Of a stretch of 41,613 nt of DNA, positions 8,379-16,173 are shown piece by piece (the stretch's first letter is position 1; each line of letters starts with the position of its first letter). Source of the DNA: a virus; IMG/VR virus record IMGVR_UViG_3300036846_000521, positions 1 through 41,613 of that record; one strand, given 5' to 3'. The position numbers and the translations under genes are program-made. The notes beneath the pieces are model-generated. The model had not been told where the DNA came from. It ran no database searches and saw nothing but the letters and a program-made list of their open reading frames with translations.

Positions 8379-8878
8379 TGCGGCCGCGAGCTCGGCGACG
8401 GCGGCATCGGCAGATCGAATTCGGCGAACGCGTCATCGCCCGGCGCAATCGGCGCGGTCTTGATCCGCGCGCGGCTCGACGGCGTGAGGCCGAGCTCCGG
8501 CCAGAGCCGATTGCACGCGGCGAGCGCTTTCGTCGCGACGGGCAGATACGGGTTCGCCATCGGATACCCGGTTTTGGTTTGGATGACGAGCCCGAGTTTC
8601 GCAATTTCCGCCATCGCACTGAGGTAGCGGTCCCACTCGAGGCAGAGCGCCAGGAGCGCACTCCGGTCGCCGGCGGTGATCGCGGCCGCCTGCCGCAGGA
8701 GCGGCGCGAGCCGGTTCCATTCGGCGATCGCGTGCGGGTGATTCTTGAGCTCGGGCGGCGCCGCGTCGAAGTCGGCGCCGGCCGCGGGTAACTGCGGCTC
8801 GTCGGCGTTGACCGGGCGCTTCCCTGGATTGCCCTCGAGAAGCTTCTGAGCCGTGGGCTTAGGCTTCGGACCTCGCAT
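8375..8878 (-). CDS. terS: Terminase small subunit, P27 family-like
   Basis: 167 aa from an internal Met of ORF 8375..9397. MRGPKPKPTAQKLLEGNPGKRP... is the typical P27-type N-terminus. The longer ORF upstream is Arg-rich shadow. Confidence 0.85.
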   Translation of the reverse strand: MRGPKPKPTAQKLLEGNPGKRPVNADEPQLPAAGADFDAAPPELKNHPHAIAEWNRLAPLLRQAAAITAGDRSALLALCLEWDRYLSAMAEIAKLGLVIQTKTGYPMANPYLPVATKALAACNRLWPELGLTPSSRARIKTAPIAPGDDAFAEFDLPMPPSPSSRPQ

Positions 8879-10196
8879 GGTGACTCCGGCGCCGCCGGCC
8901 CGTCGCGGCCGCCGGCGTGCCGATCGGCGTCGGCCGCTCGCCGGTAAACGCCTGCCAGCGCTCGAGCGCGACCTGGACATAGATCGGATCGAGCTCGATC
9001 CCGTAGCAGGTCCGACGCATTTGTTCCGCGGCGATGATCGTCGTGCCGCTCCCGATGAACGGATCGTACGCGACGAGCGCCAGGTGATTGCGCATCGGCC
9101 GCGCCATGCACTCGACAGGTTTCTGCGTCGAGTGGCCGTGGCCGACGTCCTCCCGCGCCGGAATCCGCCACAGCGTCGACGCGATTTCCCACAGGGTTGT
9201 CTGCGCGCGGTCCTTCGTGCGGCCGGCGCTCGCGTGCCCGCGGACGCCGTACCAGCACGGCTCGTGTTGCCAGTGGTAGTCGCCGCGCGAGAGCACCAGG
9301 CGATCCTTCGCCCAGACGATCTGCGCGCGCAGCTCGAAGCCGGCGGCCTCGAGCGAGGCCTGTACCGTCGACGCCTTGAGGCCCGCGTGCCAGACATAGG
9401 CGAGTCGGCCGGGGAAGAGCGCGAATGCTTCCCGCCAATCGGCGCGATCGTCGTTCTGCACCTTGCCGAGTTTTTCGCGGTTGCGGTTGACGCCGGCTTT
9501 CGCGCGCCACGACGCGTCGTACTCGACGCCGTAGGGCGGATCGGTCACCAGGATCGTCGGCGGCTCGACGCCCTCGAGGAGCTTCGCAACGTCGGCCGCG
9601 CTCGTCGCGTCGCCGCAGAGCAGCCGGTGCCGGCCGAGCGCGAACAGATCGCCGCGTTGGATCGTCGTCGTCGCGCGCGGCGCCGGCGTCGCTTCCGGAT
9701 CGACGAGGCCCGGCTGCCGATCGCGGCGCGCGAAGATCGCGGCTTGCTCGGGTTCCGTCCAGAACGGCACGAGCTCGAGGCCGGCGGCGCGATCGCGCGC
9801 CAGTTGATCGACGTCCCATTCCGCGAGTTCGGCGACGCGGTTGTCGTAAATCGCGAGCGCGCGTTTCTTTTCCGGCGTCAGGCCGCGCCGGCGCACGGCG
9901 ACGATCTCGTCGTCGTCGGGTTCAACGACGCGAAGCTTCGTCAGCCCGACCTGCGTCGCCGCGGTCACGACGCCGTTGCCGGCGAGGACGTGATCGTTCT
10001 CGTCGATCACGATCGATCGCGCCGGCCCGACGTCGCGCAGCGAGGTCGCGAGCATCTCGAGGTTCCGCTCCGGGTGCCGGCGCCGGTTCTCGGGGTCCGC
10101 GGTCAACTGCTCGAGCCGTGTCGCGGCGGCCGCCGGGGCCGGCGTCGGGGCCGGGGTTGGCCGAGGCCGTCGCTGACTCTGCCGTGTTGTTGCCAT
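8859..10196 (-). CDS. ParB-like nuclease domain fused to N6/N4 DNA methyltransferase (beta class)
   Basis: 445 aa. The N-terminus has a ParB/Srx-like stretch (LTADPENRRRHPERNLEMLATSLRDVGPARSIVID..LAGNG). TDPPYG (motif IV) precedes FIGSGTT (motif I). Confidence 0.88.
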   Translation of the reverse strand: MATTRQSQRRPRPTPAPTPAPAAAATRLEQLTADPENRRRHPERNLEMLATSLRDVGPARSIVIDENDHVLAGNGVVTAATQVGLTKLRVVEPDDDEIVAVRRRGLTPEKKRALAIYDNRVAELAEWDVDQLARDRAAGLELVPFWTEPEQAAIFARRDRQPGLVDPEATPAPRATTTIQRGDLFALGRHRLLCGDATSAADVAKLLEGVEPPTILVTDPPYGVEYDASWRAKAGVNRNREKLGKVQNDDRADWREAFALFPGRLAYVWHAGLKASTVQASLEAAGFELRAQIVWAKDRLVLSRGDYHWQHEPCWYGVRGHASAGRTKDRAQTTLWEIASTLWRIPAREDVGHGHSTQKPVECMARPMRNHLALVAYDPFIGSGTTIIAAEQMRRTCYGIELDPIYVQVALERWQAFTGERPTPIGTPAAATGRRRRSHHARSEA

Positions 10197-10252
10197 GTTT
10201 CCGTCCGATCTCCCTGCCGGCGGCCCTGGCGGCCCGCCGTGCGGCCGCTGTC

Positions 10253-10303
10253 GGGGGCCCTGGGGGTTGCCCCCCGTCTACGTGTCGCGCGTTCTGGGGC
10301 CCG
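10253..10303. repeat. G5/C6 dyad motif related to the tandem hairpins downstream of int
   Basis: GGGGGCCCTGGGGGTTGCCCCCCGTCTACGTGTCGCGCGTTCTGGGGCCCG. It shares TTGCCCCCC and GTTCTGGGG(G)CCCG with 27978..28042. It lies in the 327-bp coding-poor gap 10197..10523. Confidence 0.6.
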
Positions 10304-10523
10304 CCGGCGGCCGCCGGAACCCCCCTATAGTCAAACCTGCGGGCGAGAGTGGGGTCCTCCGGGGCGGTTTGGAAGCCGACTACCCTAGCGATTGATCGGC
10401 CCCCCGCGGTAAGTTGCACGCGGACAACGGGATCCGACGCGATCCCGGTCGCGATGCCGTGCCGCCGGCGCGCGCGGAGGAGCTCGAGCGGAATCGGCGC
10501 GCCGACCATCCCGAGTGTCGGGT

Positions 10524-10754
10524 TCACGTCGTCCTTCCGGGTTGCGCCGGGCCGCCGCCGTAGCGGTCAACCACGGCGCGGATCGCCGGCGTGACCCACG
10601 TCTGCAGCCAGAGCTCGAGGTCGCGCGTCCGTTCGTCGATCGAGCGCGCGCGGCCGGTGCTCGGTCCCTCGAGCGCCTCGCGCCAGCCAAAGCCGGGCCC
10701 GAGCTCGAGCCGCACGAGCGCTTCGCGGAGGGTTTGGGCTTCGCGTTTATTCAT
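10524..10754 (-). CDS. Hypothetical protein (76 aa)
   Basis: Internal Met of ORF 10524..10979 (MNKREAQTLREALVRLELGPGFGW...). ATGA overlap with the upstream gene stop. Confidence 0.6.
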   Translation of the reverse strand: MNKREAQTLREALVRLELGPGFGWREALEGPSTGRARSIDERTRDLELWLQTWVTPAIRAVVDRYGGGPAQPGRTT

Positions 10755-11023
10755 CGTTGTCGAGCTCCTGGCGGCCGTCGCGTGCCTGGCGGCCGCCGCA
10801 CGAAACGTTTGCGCGCCGGGCACGTCGACCAGTGCGTGTCGCCGCTGTCGAAGTACCCGATGTCGTCGTCGCCGGTATGCTCGATCCGATGCGCCTGCGC
10901 GCCGCGGTTCATCGGCATCGCGCGGTCCTCGAGCGTGCGATACCAATCGATCGGCGCGCGGCAGATCGCTGCGGCGCACTGGCCGAGGCGTCGCGTGCCG
11001 ACGCGCAGGCGGATGAGCGGCAT
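10751..11023 (-). CDS. Hypothetical protein (90 aa)
   Basis: Internal Met of ORF 10751..11308 (MPLIRLRVGTRRLGQCAAAICRAPIDWYRTLEDR...). A GGAGGA RBS lies 7 nt upstream. Confidence 0.6.
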   Translation of the reverse strand: MPLIRLRVGTRRLGQCAAAICRAPIDWYRTLEDRAMPMNRGAQAHRIEHTGDDDIGYFDSGDTHWSTCPARKRFVRRPPGTRRPPGARQR

Positions 11024-11027
11024 GGGT

Positions 11028-11447
11028 TCACATCCTCCGGCGTCGGCGCTCGTCGTCGAGATACGCCGTGTGCCGGCGGATCGCCTCGACGTCGGCGCCG
11101 GCGGCTTTCGCGGCGTTGCAACTGCGGCAGAGCGATTGATGGTTGTCGGCCTCGAGGCGCGCGCCGCCGGCCTTGATCGGCGTGATGTGATCGACGACGT
11201 CGGCGCGGACGCGCTCGCCGCGCGCGGCGCACCGACTGTGCTCGCCGCTCCGGGTCCCGTCGGCGCGCTCGCCGCACCAGGGATGGAAGCGCAGCCAGGC
11301 GCGCGCATAGTTGGCCCACGTCTCGTCGTACCCGCGCAGGCTCGCCGAGCCGCGCGCGCCGTCCTGGCGGCGGCGGCAATACGCGCAGCGCCCGTCGACG
11401 AGGCGGCCGCAACGAGCGCACGGACGGCGCGGGGCGAACGACGCCAT
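11028..11447 (-). CDS. HNH endonuclease
   Basis: 139 aa from an internal Met of ORF 11028..11594. Two N-terminal CxxC pairs, then VVDHITPIKAGGARLEADNHQSLCRSCNAAK (H-N-H core). Confidence 0.88.
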   Translation of the reverse strand: MASFAPRRPCARCGRLVDGRCAYCRRRQDGARGSASLRGYDETWANYARAWLRFHPWCGERADGTRSGEHSRCAARGERVRADVVDHITPIKAGGARLEADNHQSLCRSCNAAKAAGADVEAIRRHTAYLDDERRRRRM

Positions 11448-11449
11448 GG

Positions 11450-11737
11450 TCAGTGCACGCGTGTCGACGCGCGCTCGTCGACGGGTTCGGGTTGCGGCCG
11501 CGGCCGCGGCAACGGCAGTGACGTCCGCGCCAGCGTGTCGCGCGCCAGTTGCCGCAGGGCCGCGGGCATGACGTCGCTTTCCGCGATCGCCCACACGAAG
11601 CCGGTCAGCGGCGCGAGATCGTCGACGACTCGGCGGATCACCAGCCGATGGCTCCGTCGCTGCCAGCGCAAGAGCGCCACGTTCGCCGCGAGGCCGGCCA
11701 GGTTGAGGCCGATCAGAATGCCGAGCACGATCGTCAT
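11450..11737 (-). CDS. Membrane-anchored protein (95 aa, one N-terminal TM)
   Basis: MTIVLGILIGLNLAGLAANVALL then a soluble region. ATG at 11737 with a GGAG upstream; GTG at 11743 is an alternative start. Confidence 0.65.
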   Translation of the reverse strand: MTIVLGILIGLNLAGLAANVALLRWQRRSHRLVIRRVVDDLAPLTGFVWAIAESDVMPAALRQLARDTLARTSLPLPRPRPQPEPVDERASTRVH

Positions 11738-11742
11738 GAACA

Positions 11743-11913
11743 CTATCTCCGGTAAACGTAGTCGTCGGCGTCGCGCTCGACGCGTCGGAGCTCGAGCTCC
11801 TGGCCGATCGCGATCTTGGCGAGCAGCAGCACCAGGGCGAGCCGCGATCCGTACGCGACGCCGATCAGCAGGCCGATGGTGATGCCGCGCCAGAACCAGA
11901 GCGCGAGACTCAT
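11743..11913 (-). CDS. Small membrane protein (56 aa)
   Basis: Below the ORF-track size cutoff. Hand translation: MSLALWFWRGITIGLLIGVAYGSRLALVLLLAKIAIGQELELRRVERDADDYVYRR. The ATG overlaps the upstream stop (ATGA). Confidence 0.55.
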   Translation of the reverse strand: MSLALWFWRGITIGLLIGVAYGSRLALVLLLAKIAIGQELELRRVERDADDYVYRR

Positions 11914-12128
11914 GTCGTCGTGTCCTTCCCGCGCGTGAGATACGGCGCCAGGTGATCGGTCAATCGATCGACGACGGTGCCGGCCGAGAGGCCGCCCAGG
12001 TCCTGTCCCTGTCGGCCCGGTCCCTCATCGCGCATGAGCACCAGCCGATCGGCGCGGTCGCCGGATCCGTTCGTCATCAGCTGCCGCACGATCACCGTGA
12101 GGAGCCCTCGCAATTCTCGGCGTGTCAT
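11910..12128 (-). CDS. Hypothetical protein (72 aa)
   Basis: Internal Met of ORF 11910..12704 (MTRRELRGLLTVIVRQLMTNGSGDRADRLVLMRDEG...). ATGA overlap with the J-domain gene stop. Confidence 0.6.
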   Translation of the reverse strand: MTRRELRGLLTVIVRQLMTNGSGDRADRLVLMRDEGPGRQGQDLGGLSAGTVVDRLTDHLAPYLTRGKDTTT

Positions 12129-12745
12129 GACTGCCCTTCTAATTCCATCAGCGCGTAGTCGCGCGCGCGGTTGACGTGCGCCATTTCGATCTCGGTGCCG
12201 CCGCGATCCGGATGCCGCAGGCGCGCGGCTTCCTTGAACGCGCGATCGAGGTCGGCCTTGCTTGGTGAGCTCCCGGCGGGAAAGCCGAAGACCGCGCGCC
12301 AGTTCGCAGCCGTGTCGGCCGGCAGCGCCTTGTAGCCGGCGAGCGCCTGCTCGATCGTCCCGACGCCGTATCGCTCGATCGCGCGCAGCGCCCCGAGATG
12401 CGCCGCGAGCGCCGCGATATTGTCGGCGACGGCGACGTAGGAATCGCACGCGAGCACCGTCGCCTTGCCGCGGTAACTGAAATAAATCGCGACGCCGGGA
12501 TCGGTCGGTTTCTCGTCGCTCCGTGGGCGGCCGTCGAGCCGCAGCGAGATGTTCGTCGATAAGGTCGCTTGCTTGCCGCCGAGCGCCTGGAGCTCGTGCT
12601 CGAGCCGCTCGGTTGCGAGCCAGACCGTGATCCAGGATCCGCCCGACTTGAACTTGCCGACGCGGCGACGCGACGCCGGCTTCCGCGGCCAGCCGATCGG
12701 CCACTCGAGCGGATACCGCGAGACGGCGTGCTCAGATGCTGCCAT
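12125..12745 (-). CDS. J-domain (DnaJ-like) protein with unassigned N-terminal domain
   Basis: 206 aa. The C-terminal AFKEAARLRHPDRGGTEIEMAHVNRARDYA contains the HPD tripeptide. The N-terminal ~140 aa (YPLEWPIGWPR...DPGVAIYF...LACD) has no known function. Confidence 0.8.
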   Translation of the reverse strand: MAASEHAVSRYPLEWPIGWPRKPASRRRVGKFKSGGSWITVWLATERLEHELQALGGKQATLSTNISLRLDGRPRSDEKPTDPGVAIYFSYRGKATVLACDSYVAVADNIAALAAHLGALRAIERYGVGTIEQALAGYKALPADTAANWRAVFGFPAGSSPSKADLDRAFKEAARLRHPDRGGTEIEMAHVNRARDYALMELEGQS

Positions 12746-13265
12746 TGTCGTCGTGCTCCTGGCCGGGGTCCGTCGTCGGCGCCGGCCGCGGGCCCGGCGC
12801 GCGGCGCGCGACCAGGCGCTCGAGCCGTCGCGTCGCGTCCGCGAGGCTCGCGCAGACTTGCTGCTCGATCCGCCGGAGCGCCGGGCCGCTGAGAAAGATC
12901 CAACGGCGATGGTGGTAGAGCAGCGGTTGAAACCAGCGCCGCGTCGCTTCGACGCCGTCCCAGATCTCGGCGCCGTCGACGACGATCACATAGCCGTGGA
13001 CCCAACAATCGCGAATCGCTTCCGTGAACGTGCACGTGACGAGCTCGTCGAAGGTCACGTAGTGCGGCGGCGCCGGGCGGCCGCTCCCGAGCGTGAAGTA
13101 CGCCGTACTGCCGTGGCCGGTGTTCCAGACCATCGGATGATTGAGTCGGCCGTCCGTTGTATAGCCGAAGGTCCGGAGCTCGACGCGGTCGGGGATGCGC
13201 GCGACGATCGCGATCGCCTCCGGCAGCACGCGCGCGAGGTCGAGGTCGAACGTGTCACACCACAC
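12732..13265 (-). CDS. Hypothetical protein (177 aa)
   Basis: Protein-like composition and GC3 bias. GTG start overlaps the upstream gene by 11 nt. Confidence 0.65.
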   Translation of the reverse strand: MWCDTFDLDLARVLPEAIAIVARIPDRVELRTFGYTTDGRLNHPMVWNTGHGSTAYFTLGSGRPAPPHYVTFDELVTCTFTEAIRDCWVHGYVIVVDGAEIWDGVEATRRWFQPLLYHHRRWIFLSGPALRRIEQQVCASLADATRRLERLVARRAPGPRPAPTTDPGQEHDDNGSI

Positions 13266-13668
13266 GGCCGGCCTCGACGAAGTCGATCGCCCGTCCGATC
13301 CAGCAGCTGCACGTCGCGGCCGGGTGCGGCCGGAATCGTGACCGCGGGCACGGCGGCTCGTGCGGTTGCGCGCGCAGCCGCTCGAGGAGCGTATTCATCG
13401 GATCGGCGACGGGCCGGAAGCCGGCGCTCTGGGACGGCGTGAGGCCCGACGTCGGCGCCGGCGCGAGCGGCCGCGCGACGGCGATCCGCACGATGTGCCC
13501 GTTGCACGTCCCGCACGTCAGCGTGACGACGCCGTCCTCATAGCGCGCGTGCACCTTGGCTTGCGGATGGCAGCGCGCGATGAGGAAGAGCGGGCCGTGA
13601 TCGGTCGTACAGCCCGGCGCGCTGCAGCGCAGCGCGTCGAGCTCGTTGGTGGTCAGCGGATCGCGCAT
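13255..13668 (-). CDS. Hypothetical Cys-rich protein (137 aa)
   Basis: Internal Met of ORF 13255..14277 (MRDPLTTNELDALRCSAPGCTTDHGPLFLIARCHPQ...TCGTCNGH). Confidence 0.6.
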   Translation of the reverse strand: MRDPLTTNELDALRCSAPGCTTDHGPLFLIARCHPQAKVHARYEDGVVTLTCGTCNGHIVRIAVARPLAPAPTSGLTPSQSAGFRPVADPMNTLLERLRAQPHEPPCPRSRFRPHPAATCSCWIGRAIDFVEAGRVV

Positions 13669-13673
13669 GGTGG

Positions 13674-14651
13674 TCAGCGGACGAACGCGGCCCACATCCC
13701 GCGGAAGAACTGCCGCGCGCACTCGGCGGCCGTCGGCCCGAGCGGCAGCGCCTCGAGGCCGTCGCTCGCGCCGAAGCCGGCGCCGCTCGAGTTCGCCGCG
13801 GCGTTGAGGCCGATGCGCAGCGCCACGGCCGGGTCGCAGATCCGTGAATCGCCCCAGCGATCGTTCGGCGTGTCGTGGAAGAAGAGCGGCTCGGTGTCGA
13901 CGATCACGCGGAACGGGCCGATCGGTTGGCCGTCGTCGCTCTCGTACCCGGTGTACAACCACTCGGTGCCGGCGCCGTGATCGCCGATCGATTTCGCCCA
14001 GGCTTCCGTCCTCCAGCACTCGCCGTTGTCGCAGCGTGGCGGGGACCACTCCGTCCAGTCCCACTGATCCTGATACGGCGTGCCGTCGATCCCGACGCTG
14101 CCGCGCGAGCACAACATGCCGGGCAGGTCCGAGCGATCGAAGTCGCCGGGATACCACCCATTGACCGGCCACTCGTTGCCGATCCGCGGCAGGACGTTCC
14201 AGCGGCCGCGCATGACGTCCTTCGACATCCCCCAGATCCGTTGCTGCTCGTCGAGCGTGAACGGTTTGTACTGGCAATCGGCAAAGACGGCGTGCGCGAC
14301 GATCAGGCCGCGCGCCGCCGCCATGTCGAATAGCTGCGCCAGCATCGCCTGATACCGCGGCGGATCGGCGAGCGGGTTGAGCGCGTAGCCGTTTTGATGT
14401 TTCCAGTCGGAGTCGTGCATGCCGATCGTTTCGATCGTGTTCGCGCCGTAGCCTTTGGCCTCGTCGAGGATCGGCCCCATGTCCTCGCCGTTGTAGAGGC
14501 GCACCGGCAGCAGGTGCGCGATGTACGCGGCGAAGAGCCAGGGCCGGCCTTGCGCGTCGACGAATTCGCGGCCGGTGATCGCGACCGGCGGGCCGCTCGA
14601 GCTCCGGCCGCCGCTCGTGCCGGTCATCATGAGGCGATGGGTCGTGTCCAT
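13674..14651 (-). CDS. Putative clan GH-A (GH5-like, TIM-barrel) glycoside hydrolase
   Basis: 325 aa from an internal Met of ORF 13674..15401. Alternating beta/alpha pattern. Candidate acid/base residue in RIGNEWP and nucleophile in VDTEPLF. TGATG coupling to the upstream gene. Confidence 0.5.
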   Translation of the reverse strand: MDTTHRLMMTGTSGGRSSSGPPVAITGREFVDAQGRPWLFAAYIAHLLPVRLYNGEDMGPILDEAKGYGANTIETIGMHDSDWKHQNGYALNPLADPPRYQAMLAQLFDMAAARGLIVAHAVFADCQYKPFTLDEQQRIWGMSKDVMRGRWNVLPRIGNEWPVNGWYPGDFDRSDLPGMLCSRGSVGIDGTPYQDQWDWTEWSPPRCDNGECWRTEAWAKSIGDHGAGTEWLYTGYESDDGQPIGPFRVIVDTEPLFFHDTPNDRWGDSRICDPAVALRIGLNAAANSSGAGFGASDGLEALPLGPTAAECARQFFRGMWAAFVR

Positions 14652-15922
14652 CACGCGACCTCGACGCAATACCGCACGTACGCGTGCTCGACGCCGTTCC
14701 AGGGCCGGTCGGCGACGAGCGAGGTGCCGACGCGGCGGAAGGATTCGAACGGGCCGCCGGGTGACGGACGCCATTCGTCGGCGCCGGCGTCCGTCACGCA
14801 GTAGATCGGCGTTTTGCTCTCCTCTGCCGGCACGGTGTTGCCGTTCGCGTCGACCGTGGTCGCGTTCGCGCGCGCGACGGAGCGATAACTCTCGGTGCCG
14901 TCGGCGTTCGCGATGATGTCGAATTTCATGACCTCGAAGTCGGGGTTCGTTTTCTCGAAACGCGTTTCGATGAACAGCATGAGCGGTCCTCCTGGAGACG
15001 GTTCGGGTTCCGGTTCGGGCGCCGGTTCGGGATCCGGCGGTTCGGGATCCGGCGGTTCGGGATCGGGCGGTTCGGGATCGGGCGGATCCGGCGGCTCGGG
15101 ATCCGGCGGCTCGGGGTCTGGCGGATCCGGCGGCACCGGCGGGTTGTCGGCCGACGGCGGCAGCGCCTCGAGTTCCGCCGGCGTGAACGACAGCAGCTGC
15201 ACGTCGGCGTCGGCCTGCGTCAGGGACCAGACGATCGAAATCAGTTCCGTCGTCTGGTCGACGTAAATGTCGTAGTAGTAGTAACTCGCACTCGGCGCGC
15301 CGATCAGGTAACCGTCGCAGACGAGCGCGCCGTCCGACTTCCGCTGATAGACCAGCCGATAGCGACCGGCGGCCGGTGAATACGCCGCGCGAAACGCCCA
15401 CGCCTTTTCCGCCGGGAAAGAGACATCCTCGGAATTGCTGTACGGGTCCTCGCCGAGCATCCAGATCGCGGCGCCGCCGCCGAGCAGTTGGATGTCGTGC
15501 GCGTCGCCGTCGCTGAGCCGCCAGCGGCCCGGTCCTGGCTTATTCGGATCGGCCGGGTCATAGGCGTACGCGAGCTCGATCACGTCCCACGGCCCGTAGC
15601 TATTGCGGAGGACCTTGAGCGCGAGCGCGCCATCCGGCGACGTGCCGCGGACGGCGACGGCGGCGCCCGGCCAGCGGCGCCCGAGCGAATCGTAGACCGT
15701 CAGGTCCTCATTGCGCAGCCAGGCGGCCAGGCGGCCGCCGGCGGTGACGGTGCCGGCATTCGCGCGCGCGAGCTCGGTGCCGTCGCTCAGGACAATTTGG
15801 CACGTCGGCACGCCGTCGACGACTTCCGCGTGCGTGCAATCCTGAAAGGCCGTACGCGTGGTGTCGAACCACTCCTTGCGCAGCGTCGCGATCTGGCCGG
15901 TGACGGGTTCGAAGTTCGGCAT
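14651..15922 (-). CDS. Two-domain hypothetical protein joined by a (PEPPD)n linker
   Basis: 423 aa with a GGAGAG RBS. A beta-rich ~265-aa N-domain is followed by PPVPPDPPDPEPPDPEPPDPPDPEPPDPEPPDPEPPDPEPAPEPEPEP and a ~110-aa C-domain. Confidence 0.75.
   Translation of the reverse strand: MPNFEPVTGQIATLRKEWFDTTRTAFQDCTHAEVVDGVPTCQIVLSDGTELARANAGTVTAGGRLAAWLRNEDLTVYDSLGRRWPGAAVAVRGTSPDGALALKVLRNSYGPWDVIELAYAYDPADPNKPGPGRWRLSDGDAHDIQLLGGGAAIWMLGEDPYSNSEDVSFPAEKAWAFRAAYSPAAGRYRLVYQRKSDGALVCDGYLIGAPSASYYYYDIYVDQTTELISIVWSLTQADADVQLLSFTPAELEALPPSADNPPVPPDPPDPEPPDPEPPDPPDPEPPDPEPPDPEPPDPEPAPEPEPEPSPGGPLMLFIETRFEKTNPDFEVMKFDIIANADGTESYRSVARANATTVDANGNTVPAEESKTPIYCVTDAGADEWRPSPGGPFESFRRVGTSLVADRPWNGVEHAYVRYCVEVA
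14997..15140. repeat. 15-bp tandem repeat (about 9 units) encoding the PEPPD linker
   Basis: ggttcgggatccggc / ggttcgggatcgggc / ggatccggcggctcg units read directly. Boundaries are approximate. Confidence 0.85.
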
Positions 15923-15939
15923 GGCGTTCTCTCTCCGTT

Positions 15940-16170
15940 TCAGTTCGGGCGCCGCTCCGGGTTCCAGCGCGCGCCGAAATGGGCGATCACGACGAGCCCG
16001 GCGACCGGCTCGAGCGCGCGCAGCGTGCGAAGGGCGACGCGCGCGACGCGCGCCGGCTGCCAGCGCACCGGATCGGGTGCGCGCGTGGCGAGCGCCTCGA
16101 CGCTGACGTGCACGATGCCGCGCTGCCAGTCGCCGAGGCTCCCGAAGGTGATGTACTCGAGCTCGCGCAA
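15940..16170 (-). CDS. Hypothetical protein (76 aa, TTG start)
   Basis: The ORF begins 3 nt after the upstream stop, with GAGGG upstream. Confidence is moderate because of the TTG start. Confidence 0.5.
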   Translation of the reverse strand: MRELEYITFGSLGDWQRGIVHVSVEALATRAPDPVRWQPARVARVALRTLRALEPVAGLVVIAHFGARWNPERRPN

Positions 16171-16173
16171 GGG

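Noticed and set aside
7600-9819. 739-aa minus-strand ORF spanning terL, terS and the methyltransferase gene. Similar giants: 6423..8627 (+), 8853..10388 (+), 38786..40606 (+), 32589..34370 (+), 30963..32423 (+), 25876..27267 (-), 1748..2884 (-), 1798..3003 (+).
   Set aside because: Their compositions are Arg/Ala/Gly/Pro-dominated and lack hydrophobic periodicity. They overlap genes with clear family signatures in other frames. Stop-poor shadow frames are expected in DNA this GC-rich.
10407-10417. GGTAAGTTGCA shared between 10407-10417 and 25244-25254 (overlapping the first 31-bp repeat).
   Set aside because: An 11-mer match is within chance expectation for all-versus-all comparison of a 41-kb sequence. 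The flanks do not align.
10320-10420. tRNA or other structured RNA gene in the lower-GC gaps (also 5753-5819, 21528-21632, 27949-28176, 29393-29514).
   Set aside because: By eye there is no cloverleaf-compatible arrangement and no GTTCGAATC-type T-arm box. A dedicated tRNA/ncRNA scan would be needed to exclude this fully.
9922-10527. 201-aa ORF that is GTGA-coupled to the upstream gene and fills the 10197-10523 gap.
   Set aside because: It has no stop until 275 nt inside the methyltransferase gene, and its distal two thirds are Arg/Ala/Gly-rich. At most a short N-terminal peptide could be real, so the gap is treated as mostly non-coding.
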